From the NCBI GenBank assembly GCA_963790475.1, contig CAWBOS010000011.1, forward strand, positions 160,001 to 224,000: 64,000 bases of DNA, written 5' to 3'. The notes under the pieces were generated by a model that saw only the letters and a program-made list of their open reading frames with translations, was not told where the DNA came from and ran no database searches. Numbering within the stretch: the stretch's first letter is position 1; each line of letters starts with the position of its first letter. Position numbers and translations under genes: made by a program. The stretch is from an uncultured delta proteobacterium (lineage in GTDB: Bacteria > Desulfobacterota > RBG-13-43-22). Below are positions 29,665 through 40,209 of the stretch, piece after piece.

Positions 29665-29917
29665 CCCTTTCAATTAAGAGGCCGCACAAAAAAAGGCAGG
29701 TGGTTTCCAGGTCCCATCAAAAAAACTTCTTAACCGGGACATTCAAGTATCCAGATTAGCCTTGATATTTATGGATATTTGTTTAATTATACGGATTTTA
29801 ATTGGCAACAAGTGGATCTTTTGGAGACTGCTTTAAATTCTGTTAGAAAATCGTTGGAAAATAATATAGAATCAATTAAGAATGATGGTTCTGAAGGAAT
29901 AACTGATTGTTTTTACT

Positions 29918-29994
29918 TGGTGGGCGATGCGGGACTTGAACCCACGGCCTTTGGTTCCGGAGACCAACGCTCTATCCACCTGAGCTAATCGCCC
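29918..29994 (-). tRNA. tRNA-Arg(CCG)
   Basis: Reverse complement GGGCGATTAGCTCAGGTGGATAGAGCG TTGGT CTCCGGA ACCAA...GTTCAAGTCC...CACCA; 77 nt with encoded CCA. Confidence 0.96.
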
Positions 29995-30047
29995 CTGCTT
30001 AACAATGTGTAAGAATCGTACCAGTTTAGCTTTTTGAAATTACTATT

Positions 30048-30238
30048 CTCACCGCGGAGACGCCGAGGGCGCAAAGAAAAAAATTTAGCGATTGCCGGTG
30101 AGGGGCCGGCAATCGCTAACCTTCGCTACCCTCCGGGTAATTATTGGGCCAAGGCCAAGGCTGGTTTGTTTAATCCCGCCTCTCAGGGGATTGAACAAGA
30201 ATGATTCTCTCCGCGTTCTTTGCGACTTTGCGGTGAAA
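30048..30238. repeat. Palindromic intergenic element related to the 19251 family
   Basis: CACCGCGGAGACGCCGAGGGCGCAAAG...CTTTGCGACTTTGCGGTG, with internal hairpin TTAGCGATTGCCGG/CCGGCAATCGCTAA. Confidence 0.7.
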
Positions 30239-30307
30239 CAAAAGCTCTCTTTTTAATACCTAAATTGAGTCTATCAATCTAATATCAGAATAACGGATAA
30301 AATACAA

Positions 30308-31531
30308 ATGGAAAAAGAAGACCTCTCCCAACTCAAGATTGCCAGAACAGGGCCGGCTGCCGCCCCTTTGGGCCGACGGCGCAACAAAGGCCGAATATTC
30401 CTGATTTTTGTGATTTTATTCTTAGTGGTGATCGGCATCCTTTATTGGCAGGGTGTTTTGGAGCCCACCCGGGAAGTTGAAATAACCACGGTTTCCCTGA
30501 TCTATCCCTCTCAGGCCAACACGGTCCTAAACGCCAGCGGATACGTGGTGGCTCAGCGCAAAGCCGCCGTAGCCTCTAAGGGAACCGGGCGACTGGAAAC
30601 TCTGGCTGTGGAAGAGGGGACCCGGGTAAAAAAGGGGCAGATTATCGGCCGATTAGAAAACGCCGATCTTCAGGCGACCTTGAGCCAGGCTAAAGCCCAA
30701 GTGAACACCACCAAAGCCAACTTGGCCCAAGTCGAAGCGGAGATCAAAGATGCCCGGTTAAAGGTTGAAAGATTCGAACGGTTAATTCAATCCAAGGCCA
30801 TTGCCCAATCGGATTACGATACCGCCGATGCCAGGTTACAACAGCTTTTGGCCAATAAATCAGCCGCTCTGTCACAAATCAAAGCCGCTGAAGCCGGGGT
30901 CAGGGCCGGTCAGGTAGCCCTGGACTATACCTTAATCCGGGCTCCTTTTGATGGCGTTATTTTGACAAAAAATGCCGATGTCGGAGAAGTCGTGGCACCT
31001 TTTGGGTCTTCCATCAATGCCAAGGCGGCTGTGGTCACCATGGCCGACCTGGATTCCCTGATTGTGGAAGCCGATGTTTCGGAAACCAATCTGGAAAAGG
31101 TGAAAAAGGGGCAACCCTGTGAAATCCAACTGGACTCCCTGCCCGGAATGCGATTTGCCGGACAGGTTCATATGATCGTCCCCACAGCCGACCGTTCCAA
31201 GGCAACGGTCCTGACCAAGGTAAAGTTCCTGGAGAAAGACGAACGGGTTCTTCCTGAAATGAGCGCCAAGGTGGCCTTTCTCACCCGCCAGATCACTAAG
31301 GAAGAAAAACCGAAGGTTGCTATCCCCCCGTCAGCCCTCATCGATCAAAAAGGGAAGACCTGGGTTTACCGGGTGGAAAAAGATATAGTCCGCGAAATCC
31401 CGGTTCAAAAAGGACCTCCCCTGGCTGACTTTATTGAAATACTCCAGGGTCTCAAGCCCGGGGAGCGGATTGTTCTTAAGCCCAATCGGAATCTTCGGGA
31501 TGGGGCAAAAGTAAAAATTGCCGAGAAATAA
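30308..31531 (+). CDS. Efflux periplasmic adaptor (MacA/HlyD-like)
   Basis: N-terminal TM, lipoyl halves (VEEGTRVKKGQ, IRAPFDG) and coiled coil. Confidence 0.9.
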   Translation: MEKEDLSQLKIARTGPAAAPLGRRRNKGRIFLIFVILFLVVIGILYWQGVLEPTREVEITTVSLIYPSQANTVLNASGYVVAQRKAAVASKGTGRLETLAVEEGTRVKKGQIIGRLENADLQATLSQAKAQVNTTKANLAQVEAEIKDARLKVERFERLIQSKAIAQSDYDTADARLQQLLANKSAALSQIKAAEAGVRAGQVALDYTLIRAPFDGVILTKNADVGEVVAPFGSSINAKAAVVTMADLDSLIVEADVSETNLEKVKKGQPCEIQLDSLPGMRFAGQVHMIVPTADRSKATVLTKVKFLEKDERVLPEMSAKVAFLTRQITKEEKPKVAIPPSALIDQKGKTWVYRVEKDIVREIPVQKGPPLADFIEILQGLKPGERIVLKPNRNLRDGAKVKIAEK

Positions 31532-32697
31532 TGAACCTCCCCTTCAGCTACAGCCTCAGAAATCTCTGGACCAGAAAGATGACAACCATCCTGACGGTAT
31601 CCGGGATGGCCCTGGTGGTCTATGTCTTTGCCGCCGTCCTGATGCTCTCCGAGGGCCTGCAAAAAACCTTACAAGATACGGGGTCTTTTCAAAATGCGAT
31701 CGTCGTTCGCCGCTCGGCCGATGCCGAGGTGATGAGTATCCTGGAACGCCGGGAGGCGGCCATTATTGAAACCCAGCCGGAAATCGCCCTCGATGATAAA
31801 GGAGAACCTTTACTCAGCCGGGAGGTAACAGTCCTGGTGGCCTTGCCTAAGACAGAAACCAATCAGGATGGGAATGTCACCATTCGCGGAGTCTCTGATA
31901 ACGCCCTGGTGCTGAGACCCCAAATCAAGTTAGTGTCCGGTCGATTGTTCAGACCGGGGACCTCGGAAATTATTGTCGGCAGCAATATCGCCAAACGATT
32001 TAAAGGAACCGGCCTGGGGCAAATCATCCGCTTTGGATTGAGAGACTGGCTGGTGGTAGGCCTATTTGATGCTGGGCAGACCGGGTTTGACTCGGAAATC
32101 TGGACCGACGTGGAACAGGTCATGAATACCTTTCACCGCCCGGTGTACTCTTCCCTGGTATTGAAAATTTCGGATGAAGCATCTTTCCGGTCTTTAAAAA
32201 AACGCCTGGAGAGCGATCCCCGGTTAACGGTGACCATCAAACGGGAAGCCCAATTCTATGCCGACCAATCGGAGATGATGGCCCGTTTTATCCGCATTCT
32301 CGGATTGTCCATGACCATTATTTTTTCTTTCGGGGCTATGATCGGGGCCATGGTCACCATGTATGCGGCCGTGGCCAACCGGACAATAGAGATAGGCACC
32401 TTAAGGGCCCTCGGATTTCCTCGAAAAAGTATCCTGGCCGCTTTTTTGATCGAGTCCCTTCTGCTCGGGGCCCTGGGAGGGGGCCTGGGACTCACCGCCG
32501 CTTCCCTGATGCAGTGGGTAAGCATCTCGACCATCAACTTTCAGACCTTCTCGGAATTGGCCTTTGGCTTTGTTCTGAATTTTAGAATTGCAGCCCAGAC
32601 CTTTGCCTTTTCCCTGATCATGGGTTTTCTCGGGGGATTCCTGCCGGCCCTGCGGGCCGCCCGGTTTAATATCGTCGAGGCCTTGAGAACCTCTTAA
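31531..32697 (+). CDS. ABC transporter permease (FtsX/MacB-like)
   Basis: RTIEIGTLRALGF motif and LPALRAAR C-terminus. Confidence 0.9.
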   Translation: MNLPFSYSLRNLWTRKMTTILTVSGMALVVYVFAAVLMLSEGLQKTLQDTGSFQNAIVVRRSADAEVMSILERREAAIIETQPEIALDDKGEPLLSREVTVLVALPKTETNQDGNVTIRGVSDNALVLRPQIKLVSGRLFRPGTSEIIVGSNIAKRFKGTGLGQIIRFGLRDWLVVGLFDAGQTGFDSEIWTDVEQVMNTFHRPVYSSLVLKISDEASFRSLKKRLESDPRLTVTIKREAQFYADQSEMMARFIRILGLSMTIIFSFGAMIGAMVTMYAAVANRTIEIGTLRALGFPRKSILAAFLIESLLLGALGGGLGLTAASLMQWVSISTINFQTFSELAFGFVLNFRIAAQTFAFSLIMGFLGGFLPALRAARFNIVEALRTS

Positions 32698-32754
32698 AAA
32701 GGGGTTTTCCGCAAACTGTTAGTGCCGCCTTATAGAAGGAATTGGATACCCAGC

Positions 32755-33690
32755 ATGTCTTTCCTGAATAATCCTATTCGCTACCGTTGGCTGATGCTGG
32801 GAATCATGGGGGTCATCTATTTCCTGGCCTGCCTTCACCGGATATCGCCTACGGTTATGGCCCGTGATCTGGTGAACGAATTCGAGGCCGATGCCACCCA
32901 CCTCCCTGGGGTTGATGGCCTCGGCCTATTTTTATCTTTATGCCGCTGTGCAACCGCCGGTGGGTCTGTTGTCGGATACCATCGGGCCACGCCGGGTGGT
33001 CACCGTGTTTACGTTTGTTTTCCTGTTTGGGTTGTCTGGTTTTCGGGCTGGCCCCGAATATGTTCTTGGCCGGTGTCGGCCGGGGATTGATCGGCATAGG
33101 GGTTGGGGGCATATTCGTACCCGCCTTGAAGATCTTCTCCGCCTGGTACAGACCCAAAGAATTCGCCGGCATAACCGGCCTCTTTTTGGCCCTGGTAATG
33201 CCGGAAACCTTTCCGCCTCTCTTCCCCTGACCTATCTGGTTTTGCTGCTTGGCTGGCGTTTCTCTTTTTTCGGCCTTGGGGGCGTCTCCATGCTTCTCGG
33301 GGTTTTGGCCTGGTTTTTTATGCGGGACCGGCCGGAGGACAAAGGCTGGCCGCCTTTATCTGATGGATGTTCACGGTTACACCCGGCTTCAGGCCGGAGG
33401 AATTTTGATGATCCTCCCCCTGGGATTTATCATAGGATCTCCGCTGATCGGCTTCCTGGCCGACCGGTTAAGTTTCGGTCGACCCAGAATTCTTTCCGCC
33501 CTGGCTCACCGGTACGGCAGTCGGCCTGATGAACCCGGCCGCCTTTCTGGCGGCCGCCCTTTTTCAACCGTTTACCGTCTACCTGCTGGATTGCGGTCGG
33601 CAGAACCGGTTCGAGCTATCCTTTGGAGGCCTACCAACAGGTTTTTAGGGTCTATTTTATATCGATGCTCCTGGCCTTTGGTCTAATCCT
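32755..33690 (+). pseudogene. MFS transporter, multiply frameshifted with internal deletions
   Basis: Fragments YFYLYAAVQPPVGLLSDTIGPRR and GRGLIGIGVG lie in different frames; total length is too short for 12 TM. Confidence 0.75.
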
Positions 33691-33731
33691 CTTTCTAAAA
33701 AATCCCAAGGCGGGAGGTTGAGCCTGGACCG

Positions 33732-35555
33732 CTAGACAACAACCTCACCGGCGTTGATCGAGGCATCCACTTTCCCCTGGTGTAAGACCTGCTGGCCGTT
33801 CATGAAAACCGCCTCTATTCCCGCAGGGGTTTTGCTGGTTTCCGTCAGCGTGTTGTTATCCCGTATATTCTTCCAGTCGAAAACCGTGATGTCGGCTGCC
33901 AGGCCCTCCCTCAGGAAGCCGCGGTCCTTGATACCATATCTCTGGGCCGCGGCCCCGGACATCTTGTAGACCGCCTCCTCCAGAGAGATAATTTTATTCT
34001 CGCGGGCCAGTTGAAAGAATCGCGGGAAATTCCCGGAGAAGGCCGGATTCTGCACACCCTGGGGAGCGGGAAGCGAGTCGGTCATAAAGAGGGAAGCGGG
34101 ATGCCGCATCAAGGTTTCAACAATTGGCAGATTGCTGTAGCGGTGATTGAGTATGTTAGCCACCCCTTTGCTTTTTTGTGCGAAATCCATGGTGTTGTCG
34201 AACCAGTCCAGACCCCGTTTTTTTGCAATTTCGTCCAGGAAAAGGCTGTTGTAGCGGTTGAGGTCCTCATGATTGGCATAAGTGATCTGGATATCCTTAT
34301 TTCCGAAGCCAAGGAACCTCTGGATAAGACCAAACTCGCTTTTGAGTTTGGCCAGCATCTTTTTATCACTATACACCTCTGGGATCTTGGCCAGGAACCA
34401 GGCCGGCAATAATACATTGATGATGGTCTGGCCGCAGTGGTAGGCATAGGTATCGAACTTGACGTCCACGCCTTGTTTGACGGCCTGGTCAATCCGTTTG
34501 AGTGCCTTGTCGCAGGTCTTGAAGGTCCTGGTCCCCACAAATATCAGATGGGAAATCTGAAGACGCACCCCAGTTTCCCTGGCTATATTCAGCATCTCGT
34601 CCATGGCCAGCAGGTTGCTGGGCTCATACCCGTCGAAAGGCAAAACATAATCCAACAGGATCTTCGGGGTGCTCATCGGGTATCCCGGGGCGAGCGCGGA
34701 GTAAGCCCGGAGATGCACCGTCAGGATCTTATTTTTCTTTTTAACGAGTCTGGCGATCTCTCTGAGTTCATCGCCGGCGGTGAATATCCCCGGTTCATAC
34801 TGCAAGCCCAGAGACACGCCGGCCGCGCCCTCATCCATGGTCTGTTCCAGAAGCAGAAGCATCTCTTTCATCTCTTCCCGGTTTATTGGAGCGGCATTGA
34901 ATCCGCGTATGGAGGCTCGGGTGGTGCCGTGTCCCGACAGGACCATCATATTGTGGGTCATTTTGTTTTTTTTCAAGTGAGCGAAGTACTGGGTCATCGA
35001 ATCCCACTCGATTTGAAAAAGACCCTTTGCCCTGGGGGTGATCTTACTCATAAAGGGACTATTCTTGCGGAACCCGGCCACACCGTAGCCGCATTGACCG
35101 GCCACAAAGGTGGTTACGCCCTGGGCGGTGAAGGGAAGCTTCAGTTCATCATGTCCTTTAATGGGCAGGTACCAGTCCATATGGGAATGGGCGTCGATGA
35201 TCCCCGGCATGATGACCAATCCGCTGCAATCGATAACCTGACCGGCCACGTTGATCTCGTTGGCGGAGATTTTCTCGATCTTCCGGTCGTGGATGAGCAG
35301 ACTGGCCTTAAACCCCTTTTTCCCGGTGCCGTCTACGACCAACCCGTCTTTCAGCAAGGTATATTTCCCCCCTTTAAGGGAAATGGCCGTCCTCGGCACC
35401 TTAGGCGATCCCGGTGCGGCGTTGGCTTTGTTTCCCGTAATTTTAATGAGAGGCAGGGCCGAGAGGAAAGCCGCAGCTTTCCCCGTACAGGTTAGAAATT
35501 TTCTTCGGGAAGGGTTGGTTTCGATCAGTGTTTCCAATCGATCTTTGATGTCCAT
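33732..35555 (-). CDS. Amidohydrolase (N-acyl-D-amino-acid deacylase-like) with Tat-like signal
   Basis: SRRKFL, PGIIDAHSH, QGVTT and RGFLREGLAADITVFD motifs. Confidence 0.85.
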   Translation of the reverse strand: MDIKDRLETLIETNPSRRKFLTCTGKAAAFLSALPLIKITGNKANAAPGSPKVPRTAISLKGGKYTLLKDGLVVDGTGKKGFKASLLIHDRKIEKISANEINVAGQVIDCSGLVIMPGIIDAHSHMDWYLPIKGHDELKLPFTAQGVTTFVAGQCGYGVAGFRKNSPFMSKITPRAKGLFQIEWDSMTQYFAHLKKNKMTHNMMVLSGHGTTRASIRGFNAAPINREEMKEMLLLLEQTMDEGAAGVSLGLQYEPGIFTAGDELREIARLVKKKNKILTVHLRAYSALAPGYPMSTPKILLDYVLPFDGYEPSNLLAMDEMLNIARETGVRLQISHLIFVGTRTFKTCDKALKRIDQAVKQGVDVKFDTYAYHCGQTIINVLLPAWFLAKIPEVYSDKKMLAKLKSEFGLIQRFLGFGNKDIQITYANHEDLNRYNSLFLDEIAKKRGLDWFDNTMDFAQKSKGVANILNHRYSNLPIVETLMRHPASLFMTDSLPAPQGVQNPAFSGNFPRFFQLARENKIISLEEAVYKMSGAAAQRYGIKDRGFLREGLAADITVFDWKNIRDNNTLTETSKTPAGIEAVFMNGQQVLHQGKVDASINAGEVVV

Positions 35556-35777
35556 AGCACTATCTCCTGGGAAGGGAATTTATCTGATTAAGCGCCGGAA
35601 CTTTTTGAAGTAGTCGGGACCAGTGACGACGTGGCATGATGACTCCTTGTTGCCGGTTTGTAGATTATCTTAAGCGATAAAGACCGAGAGGGCAAGGTGG
35701 TCTGTTCTTTAAGTCGGAAAATGTAATCTACAAGAAGTTTCCTATGAGTCGATTGGAGTTGAAACCGATTAGCTTCC

Positions 35778-36431
35778 CTATTCCGTCTTGCGCAATTCCT
35801 TCAACAAATTCAAAGTATCAGACGGAAGAAGGGTTGGTTTGCCTCCGGTGGATAGGGCACCAAGATAAATTTCAGCCACTTTTTCCAGTAGTTCCACATT
35901 GAGCCAGGCTTTCTCCAGGGCAGCCCCCAGGGTTAAGGCGCCATGGTTCTGCAGCAGGTAGCAATAGCACCCGTTGTCCAGCTTCCCTCCGATATTGGCG
36001 ATAAGTTCAGGGCTTCCTGAAAAGGCGTACGGCACGACCTCCACCATAGGCCCGATATGCAGGGCGACCTCGTCAAGTAAGGAGGGAATCGGCTTGTTCA
36101 ACACGGCAAACACGCTGGCATAGGTCTGATGGGTATGAATCACGGCCTTGGCATCAGGTCGGCACTGGTAGACTTTCAAGTGAAGTCCGGACTCCAGGGA
36201 AGGTTCACGTTTCCCCTCAATCCGTTTCCGGTTAAAATCCAGGACACACATTTCATTCGGAGTGAGCTGATCATAGGGAAGGGTGGAGGGGGTGATAACG
36301 AAAGCCTCTTCACCCTCCACCCGCATGGATACATTGCCTCCGGTGCCTCTCCGGGAGCCGAAGAATCTCTTGACAGAGAGCCACTGGGCGCATTCGATGA
36401 TTTTTTCTTTATACACTGTGTGGGGTCCCAT
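35778..36431 (-). CDS. Class II aldolase/adducin family (FucA-like)
   Basis: GGNVS, PSLESGLH, HTH and LQNHG motifs. Confidence 0.9.
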   Translation of the reverse strand: MGPHTVYKEKIIECAQWLSVKRFFGSRRGTGGNVSMRVEGEEAFVITPSTLPYDQLTPNEMCVLDFNRKRIEGKREPSLESGLHLKVYQCRPDAKAVIHTHQTYASVFAVLNKPIPSLLDEVALHIGPMVEVVPYAFSGSPELIANIGGKLDNGCYCYLLQNHGALTLGAALEKAWLNVELLEKVAEIYLGALSTGGKPTLLPSDTLNLLKELRKTE

Positions 36432-36638
36432 AAACCCGACTCCTTTATTTTTTATGTTTAGGCTGATTGTCCGGTCAAAAAACCCCTGGTTTCGGATACG
36501 ATAGAAGACGTTCCTCATTGTCAGGCCAAAATTCAAGCCAAAATTCTTGACACATCAGAATACAATCCCCTATACTTCCCACACCTAAGATCAAGTCTTC
36601 GGTTAGATCAATCACATTGGCCCCAAAGGAAAAAGATC

Positions 36639-38084
36639 GTGCGCATCCATAAGTTGGAACCTTTATTCAATGCCCGCTCGGTGACCTTTGTCGGCGCCTC
36701 CAAAGACCCGACCAAGTGGGGTTTCCTTACTCTCAAACATATCATAGATGGCGGTTTCCGGGGTAGTGTTTATCCTGTTAATCCCAGGGAACCCGAGATC
36801 CTCGGTCTGAAGGTGCACCAGAGCATTGCTGATCTGCCTGAAACTCCTGATCTGGCGGTTATCATAGTTCCACCCCCATCCGTTCCGGCGGTGATAAAAG
36901 AATGCGTTTCCAAAGGGATCAGGACCGGTATTATCATAACCGCCGGTTTTGCGGAGTTGGGCGGCAAAGGGTCAAAGCTTCAAGATGAGATTGTTACAAT
37001 TGCCCGCCAAGGGGGAATGGCCTTGGTCGGGCCGAATTGCAACGGGGTCATGAGCCCCTGGAACTCTCAGTACGTCCAGTTCCCTTCTTTCTTTGTGCCT
37101 CCCGGTCCCGTGGCCGTAATCGCCCAGAGTGGGAACGTAATGGACTCCCTGTCACTCCAGATCCAGATGCACGGTTTCGGTTGTAGTGCCTGCATCGCCA
37201 GCGGCAACGAGGCAGCCCTGCACTGCGAGGACTACCTCGAGTATCTGGCCGATGACCCCCACACAAAAGTTATCCTGTCTTATATTGAAGGATTCAAAGA
37301 CGGAGAACGCTTCTTGGCGGTTGCCCGTGAGGTCAGTAAGAAGAAGCCTATCGTCATGCTCAAAGCCGGCAAAACTCAGGCCGGGGCCAAGGCGGCAGCC
37401 TCACACACCGCCGCCCTGGCCGGTTCGGATGCCGTCTTTGATGCCGTTTGCCGACAATCCGGCGTGATCAGGGCCAAGAGCCTGGATGAAATGCTGAATA
37501 TCGGCCTGGCCTTCCTGCGGCAGCCCCTGCCCCGAGGACGCGGTTTGGGCATCGTTACCGCCGGAGGGGGTTGGGGTGTGCTGGCCGCCGATGCCTGCGC
37601 GGAACTTGGTTTCGACATAGTCCAATTACCCGAGGAAACGATCAATGAGTTGGACAAAATTCTCCCGGCCTGGTGGAACCGGGGCAACCCGGTGGACCTG
37701 GTAGCCGGGGCTGCCGCCGATAACCTCTTTAAAGCCGTGGAGTTGGTGATGCAGTGCCGGTCGGTAGATGCCCTTATGTTCCTGAGCCTCATGCCGGCCT
37801 TGAGGATGGGTAGTTTCGACGCCCCCCAGGATCAATCTTCCCGGGAAAACTGGGGAGATCAAATGATAGAATCGGTCGCCCTGGCTATGGACGAGTTTAA
37901 TGCCCTGGCCGATAAATACAACAAACCTGTAATCATTGCCTCTGAATACATGTGGGCTACCAATGTGGAGCAGGCCGGAATCACCTTTAGGCTGGGGCAG
38001 CACAACGCCGTCTGCTACCGCATGCCCGGAGGTGCCGCAAGAGTATTGGACGCGCTGGTAACCTATGGCGAATATGTAAAATAA
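36639..38084 (+). CDS. ADP-forming acyl-CoA synthetase alpha-type (CoA-binding) subunit
   Basis: VGAS, GPNC, AQSG, ASHTAALAG and NPVDL motifs. Confidence 0.88.
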   Translation: MRIHKLEPLFNARSVTFVGASKDPTKWGFLTLKHIIDGGFRGSVYPVNPREPEILGLKVHQSIADLPETPDLAVIIVPPPSVPAVIKECVSKGIRTGIIITAGFAELGGKGSKLQDEIVTIARQGGMALVGPNCNGVMSPWNSQYVQFPSFFVPPGPVAVIAQSGNVMDSLSLQIQMHGFGCSACIASGNEAALHCEDYLEYLADDPHTKVILSYIEGFKDGERFLAVAREVSKKKPIVMLKAGKTQAGAKAAASHTAALAGSDAVFDAVCRQSGVIRAKSLDEMLNIGLAFLRQPLPRGRGLGIVTAGGGWGVLAADACAELGFDIVQLPEETINELDKILPAWWNRGNPVDLVAGAAADNLFKAVELVMQCRSVDALMFLSLMPALRMGSFDAPQDQSSRENWGDQMIESVALAMDEFNALADKYNKPVIIASEYMWATNVEQAGITFRLGQHNAVCYRMPGGAARVLDALVTYGEYVK

Positions 38085-38203
38085 ATTCTATTCATTAAGT
38101 GAATCAAAATTGTCTTAACCTGAAAAATAAGTGCTAGCATTAGCTGAGAATAGGAGTTTCTGTCGGCAAATTTGGTCAACAATATAATGAGACCCATATT
38201 AAT

Positions 38204-38360
38204 GACGAGTTTGTAAGGGGTCGCCGAAACCCGAATGGCGTCATTCCTGCCCCGCATCAAGTGCGGGATAGACTCCAGCCGGAATCCAGTATTCTAAAGT
38301 AGTTATTTTTTTTTCTGGACCCCGGCTTTCGCCGGGGTGACGACTTTTTACAAGACCCCC
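38204..38360. mobile_element. MITE-like element with CGTC-type REP-like core
   Basis: ATTAAT direct repeats on both sides, degenerate TIR, and core CGTCATTCC...GGAATCCAG...CTGGACCCCGGCTTTCGCCGGGGTGACG. Confidence 0.65.
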
Positions 38361-38377
38361 ATTAATATCAGTAGGGA

Positions 38378-39583
38378 GTGATGGTAATGAAATACGATTT
38401 CGATCAGGTGTGTGACCGGCAAAATACCAATTGTGTTAAATGGGATTCGGCCCAATTCATTTTCGGAGATAACGATGTCATTCCCATGTGGGTCGCCGAT
38501 ATGGATTTTCCGGTAGCCCAGCCTATTGTCGATGCCCTTAGAAAAAGGGCCGAGCATCCTTATTATGGTTATACCCAGCCTGGCCCCAGTATCAATGAAG
38601 TCATAGTAGAACGCTTGCAGCGGAAATTCAATTGGAAGATCAACCCGGAATGGATCGTTTATACCCCTGGTGTAGTGCCCGCCCTTAATGTCGCCATCCG
38701 GTCTTTGACTCATCCCGGCGATGAGGTTATTATTCAGGAACCGGTCTATTATCCTTTCTTTCCGGCCGTTACCAACAGCGGTTGCCAAATAGTCAATAAT
38801 GAGCTCAAGCGGATCAATGATCGGTATGAAATGGACTTTGAGGATCTGGAGAGTAAATTCCTGCCCCGGATGGGTATGGTCCCGGCTTCCAGACGGATCA
38901 AGGCCCTGGTTCTATGCAATCCGCATAATCCGGTAGGACGCCTTTGGAACCGGGAGGAGCTGACCCGAATGGGAGAGATCGCCATCCGGCATGGAATAAC
39001 CGTTATTTCTGATGAAATCCATTGTGAGATCCTCTTTAAAGGGCATCGACATACCCCTTTCGCTTCGATCTCTGAAGAGTTCGAGCAGAACAGCATCGTC
39101 TGTATGGCCCCGAGCAAGACCTTCAGTTTAGCCGGTCTGGGAGCCTCTTGCATTATTATTCCCAATAAGAAACTACGCCATAACTTTGCCAGCGCCAGGG
39201 CGGGAATCTTACCGGGGCCCAATCTATTTGGTTATACCGCCCTGGAAGCGGCCTACCGTTACGGGGATGAATGGTTGGATCAGGTCCTGGATTATTTGCA
39301 GGGGAATCTCGATTTTATGCTGGACTATTTTGCCCAAAAAATTCCCCGGATAAAGGTGATTCCGCCGCAGGGCACTTATCTGATCTGGCTGGATTTCAAT
39401 GCCCTGGGTTTGGACGATTTGGCCTTAAGACAATTTATGCGGGAAAAGGCCCGGGTGGGACTGGATGACGGGTTCCTCTTCGGAAAGGCGGGCAGCGGTT
39501 TTCAGAGAATGAATATTGCCTGTCCCCGTTATATCTTAACCGAGGCCTTGACCAGGATTGAAAAAGCGGTAAACGGCCAATAG
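38378..39583 (+). CDS. MalY/PatB family PLP-dependent C-S lyase
   Basis: PMWVADMDF, LCNPHNPVG, SDEIH and APSKTF motifs. Confidence 0.92.
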   Translation: MMVMKYDFDQVCDRQNTNCVKWDSAQFIFGDNDVIPMWVADMDFPVAQPIVDALRKRAEHPYYGYTQPGPSINEVIVERLQRKFNWKINPEWIVYTPGVVPALNVAIRSLTHPGDEVIIQEPVYYPFFPAVTNSGCQIVNNELKRINDRYEMDFEDLESKFLPRMGMVPASRRIKALVLCNPHNPVGRLWNREELTRMGEIAIRHGITVISDEIHCEILFKGHRHTPFASISEEFEQNSIVCMAPSKTFSLAGLGASCIIIPNKKLRHNFASARAGILPGPNLFGYTALEAAYRYGDEWLDQVLDYLQGNLDFMLDYFAQKIPRIKVIPPQGTYLIWLDFNALGLDDLALRQFMREKARVGLDDGFLFGKAGSGFQRMNIACPRYILTEALTRIEKAVNGQ

Positions 39584-39721
39584 CGGAATGAGTAACCCTT
39601 TAGCCTTATGAAAATATATTCTCTGACAGGATTAACAGGATTTACATGTACCTTGCTCAGGCTCCGGACGACCCTGAGCAACCTCGATTCGCCTTCAGCG
39701 AAAAGCTAACCTGATACCGGA

Positions 39722-39976
39722 ATGATTGTTTTAACCCAAAACGGAAGCTCCTATGATACCGAAAAGGATCTAACGGCTCCGGAGCGTCATATCCTTCAAA
39801 AGCTCCTTTTCTGGAAAGACCTGGCCACCGGCCTTGATCAGTTCCGGCAGAAGACCAGGGAAGCTTTTCTAAAAGGTTGGAATGATTCCGGTCCAATTAC
39901 AGCCGGAACGGCCTTAACATCCATTATTTCCGACCTGGAGGAAAAAATAAGGATCAGGTTGAAGCAAGAGGCCTAA
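39722..39976 (+). CDS. Hypothetical protein
   Basis: Clean 84 aa ORF with protein-like composition. Confidence 0.6.
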   Translation: MIVLTQNGSSYDTEKDLTAPERHILQKLLFWKDLATGLDQFRQKTREAFLKGWNDSGPITAGTALTSIISDLEEKIRIRLKQEA

Positions 39977-40209
39977 CAACAAAGGAAAACGTTTGTCATA
40001 AAGCCAATCCTTTTTAAGATTCTAAATTTACAAATATGAAAGTGAAAAAGGGACTCTGATCCTGATTACTGCGTGCTCAAGTTCACGGCTCAGAGTGGAA
40101 GATATTACAGCAATTTTAAATCTGAGAATTTTGAAGTTGAATAACGATAATTGCTCCCCGGATGGCTTACCTTTCCGGTGAAAGCGCTTTTTATTGGAAG
40201 GAGTTTCTT

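Noticed and set aside
34437-35495. Long 352 aa plus-strand ORF and similar antisense ORFs
   Set aside because: They shadow well-supported genes on the opposite strand and show no recognisable motifs.
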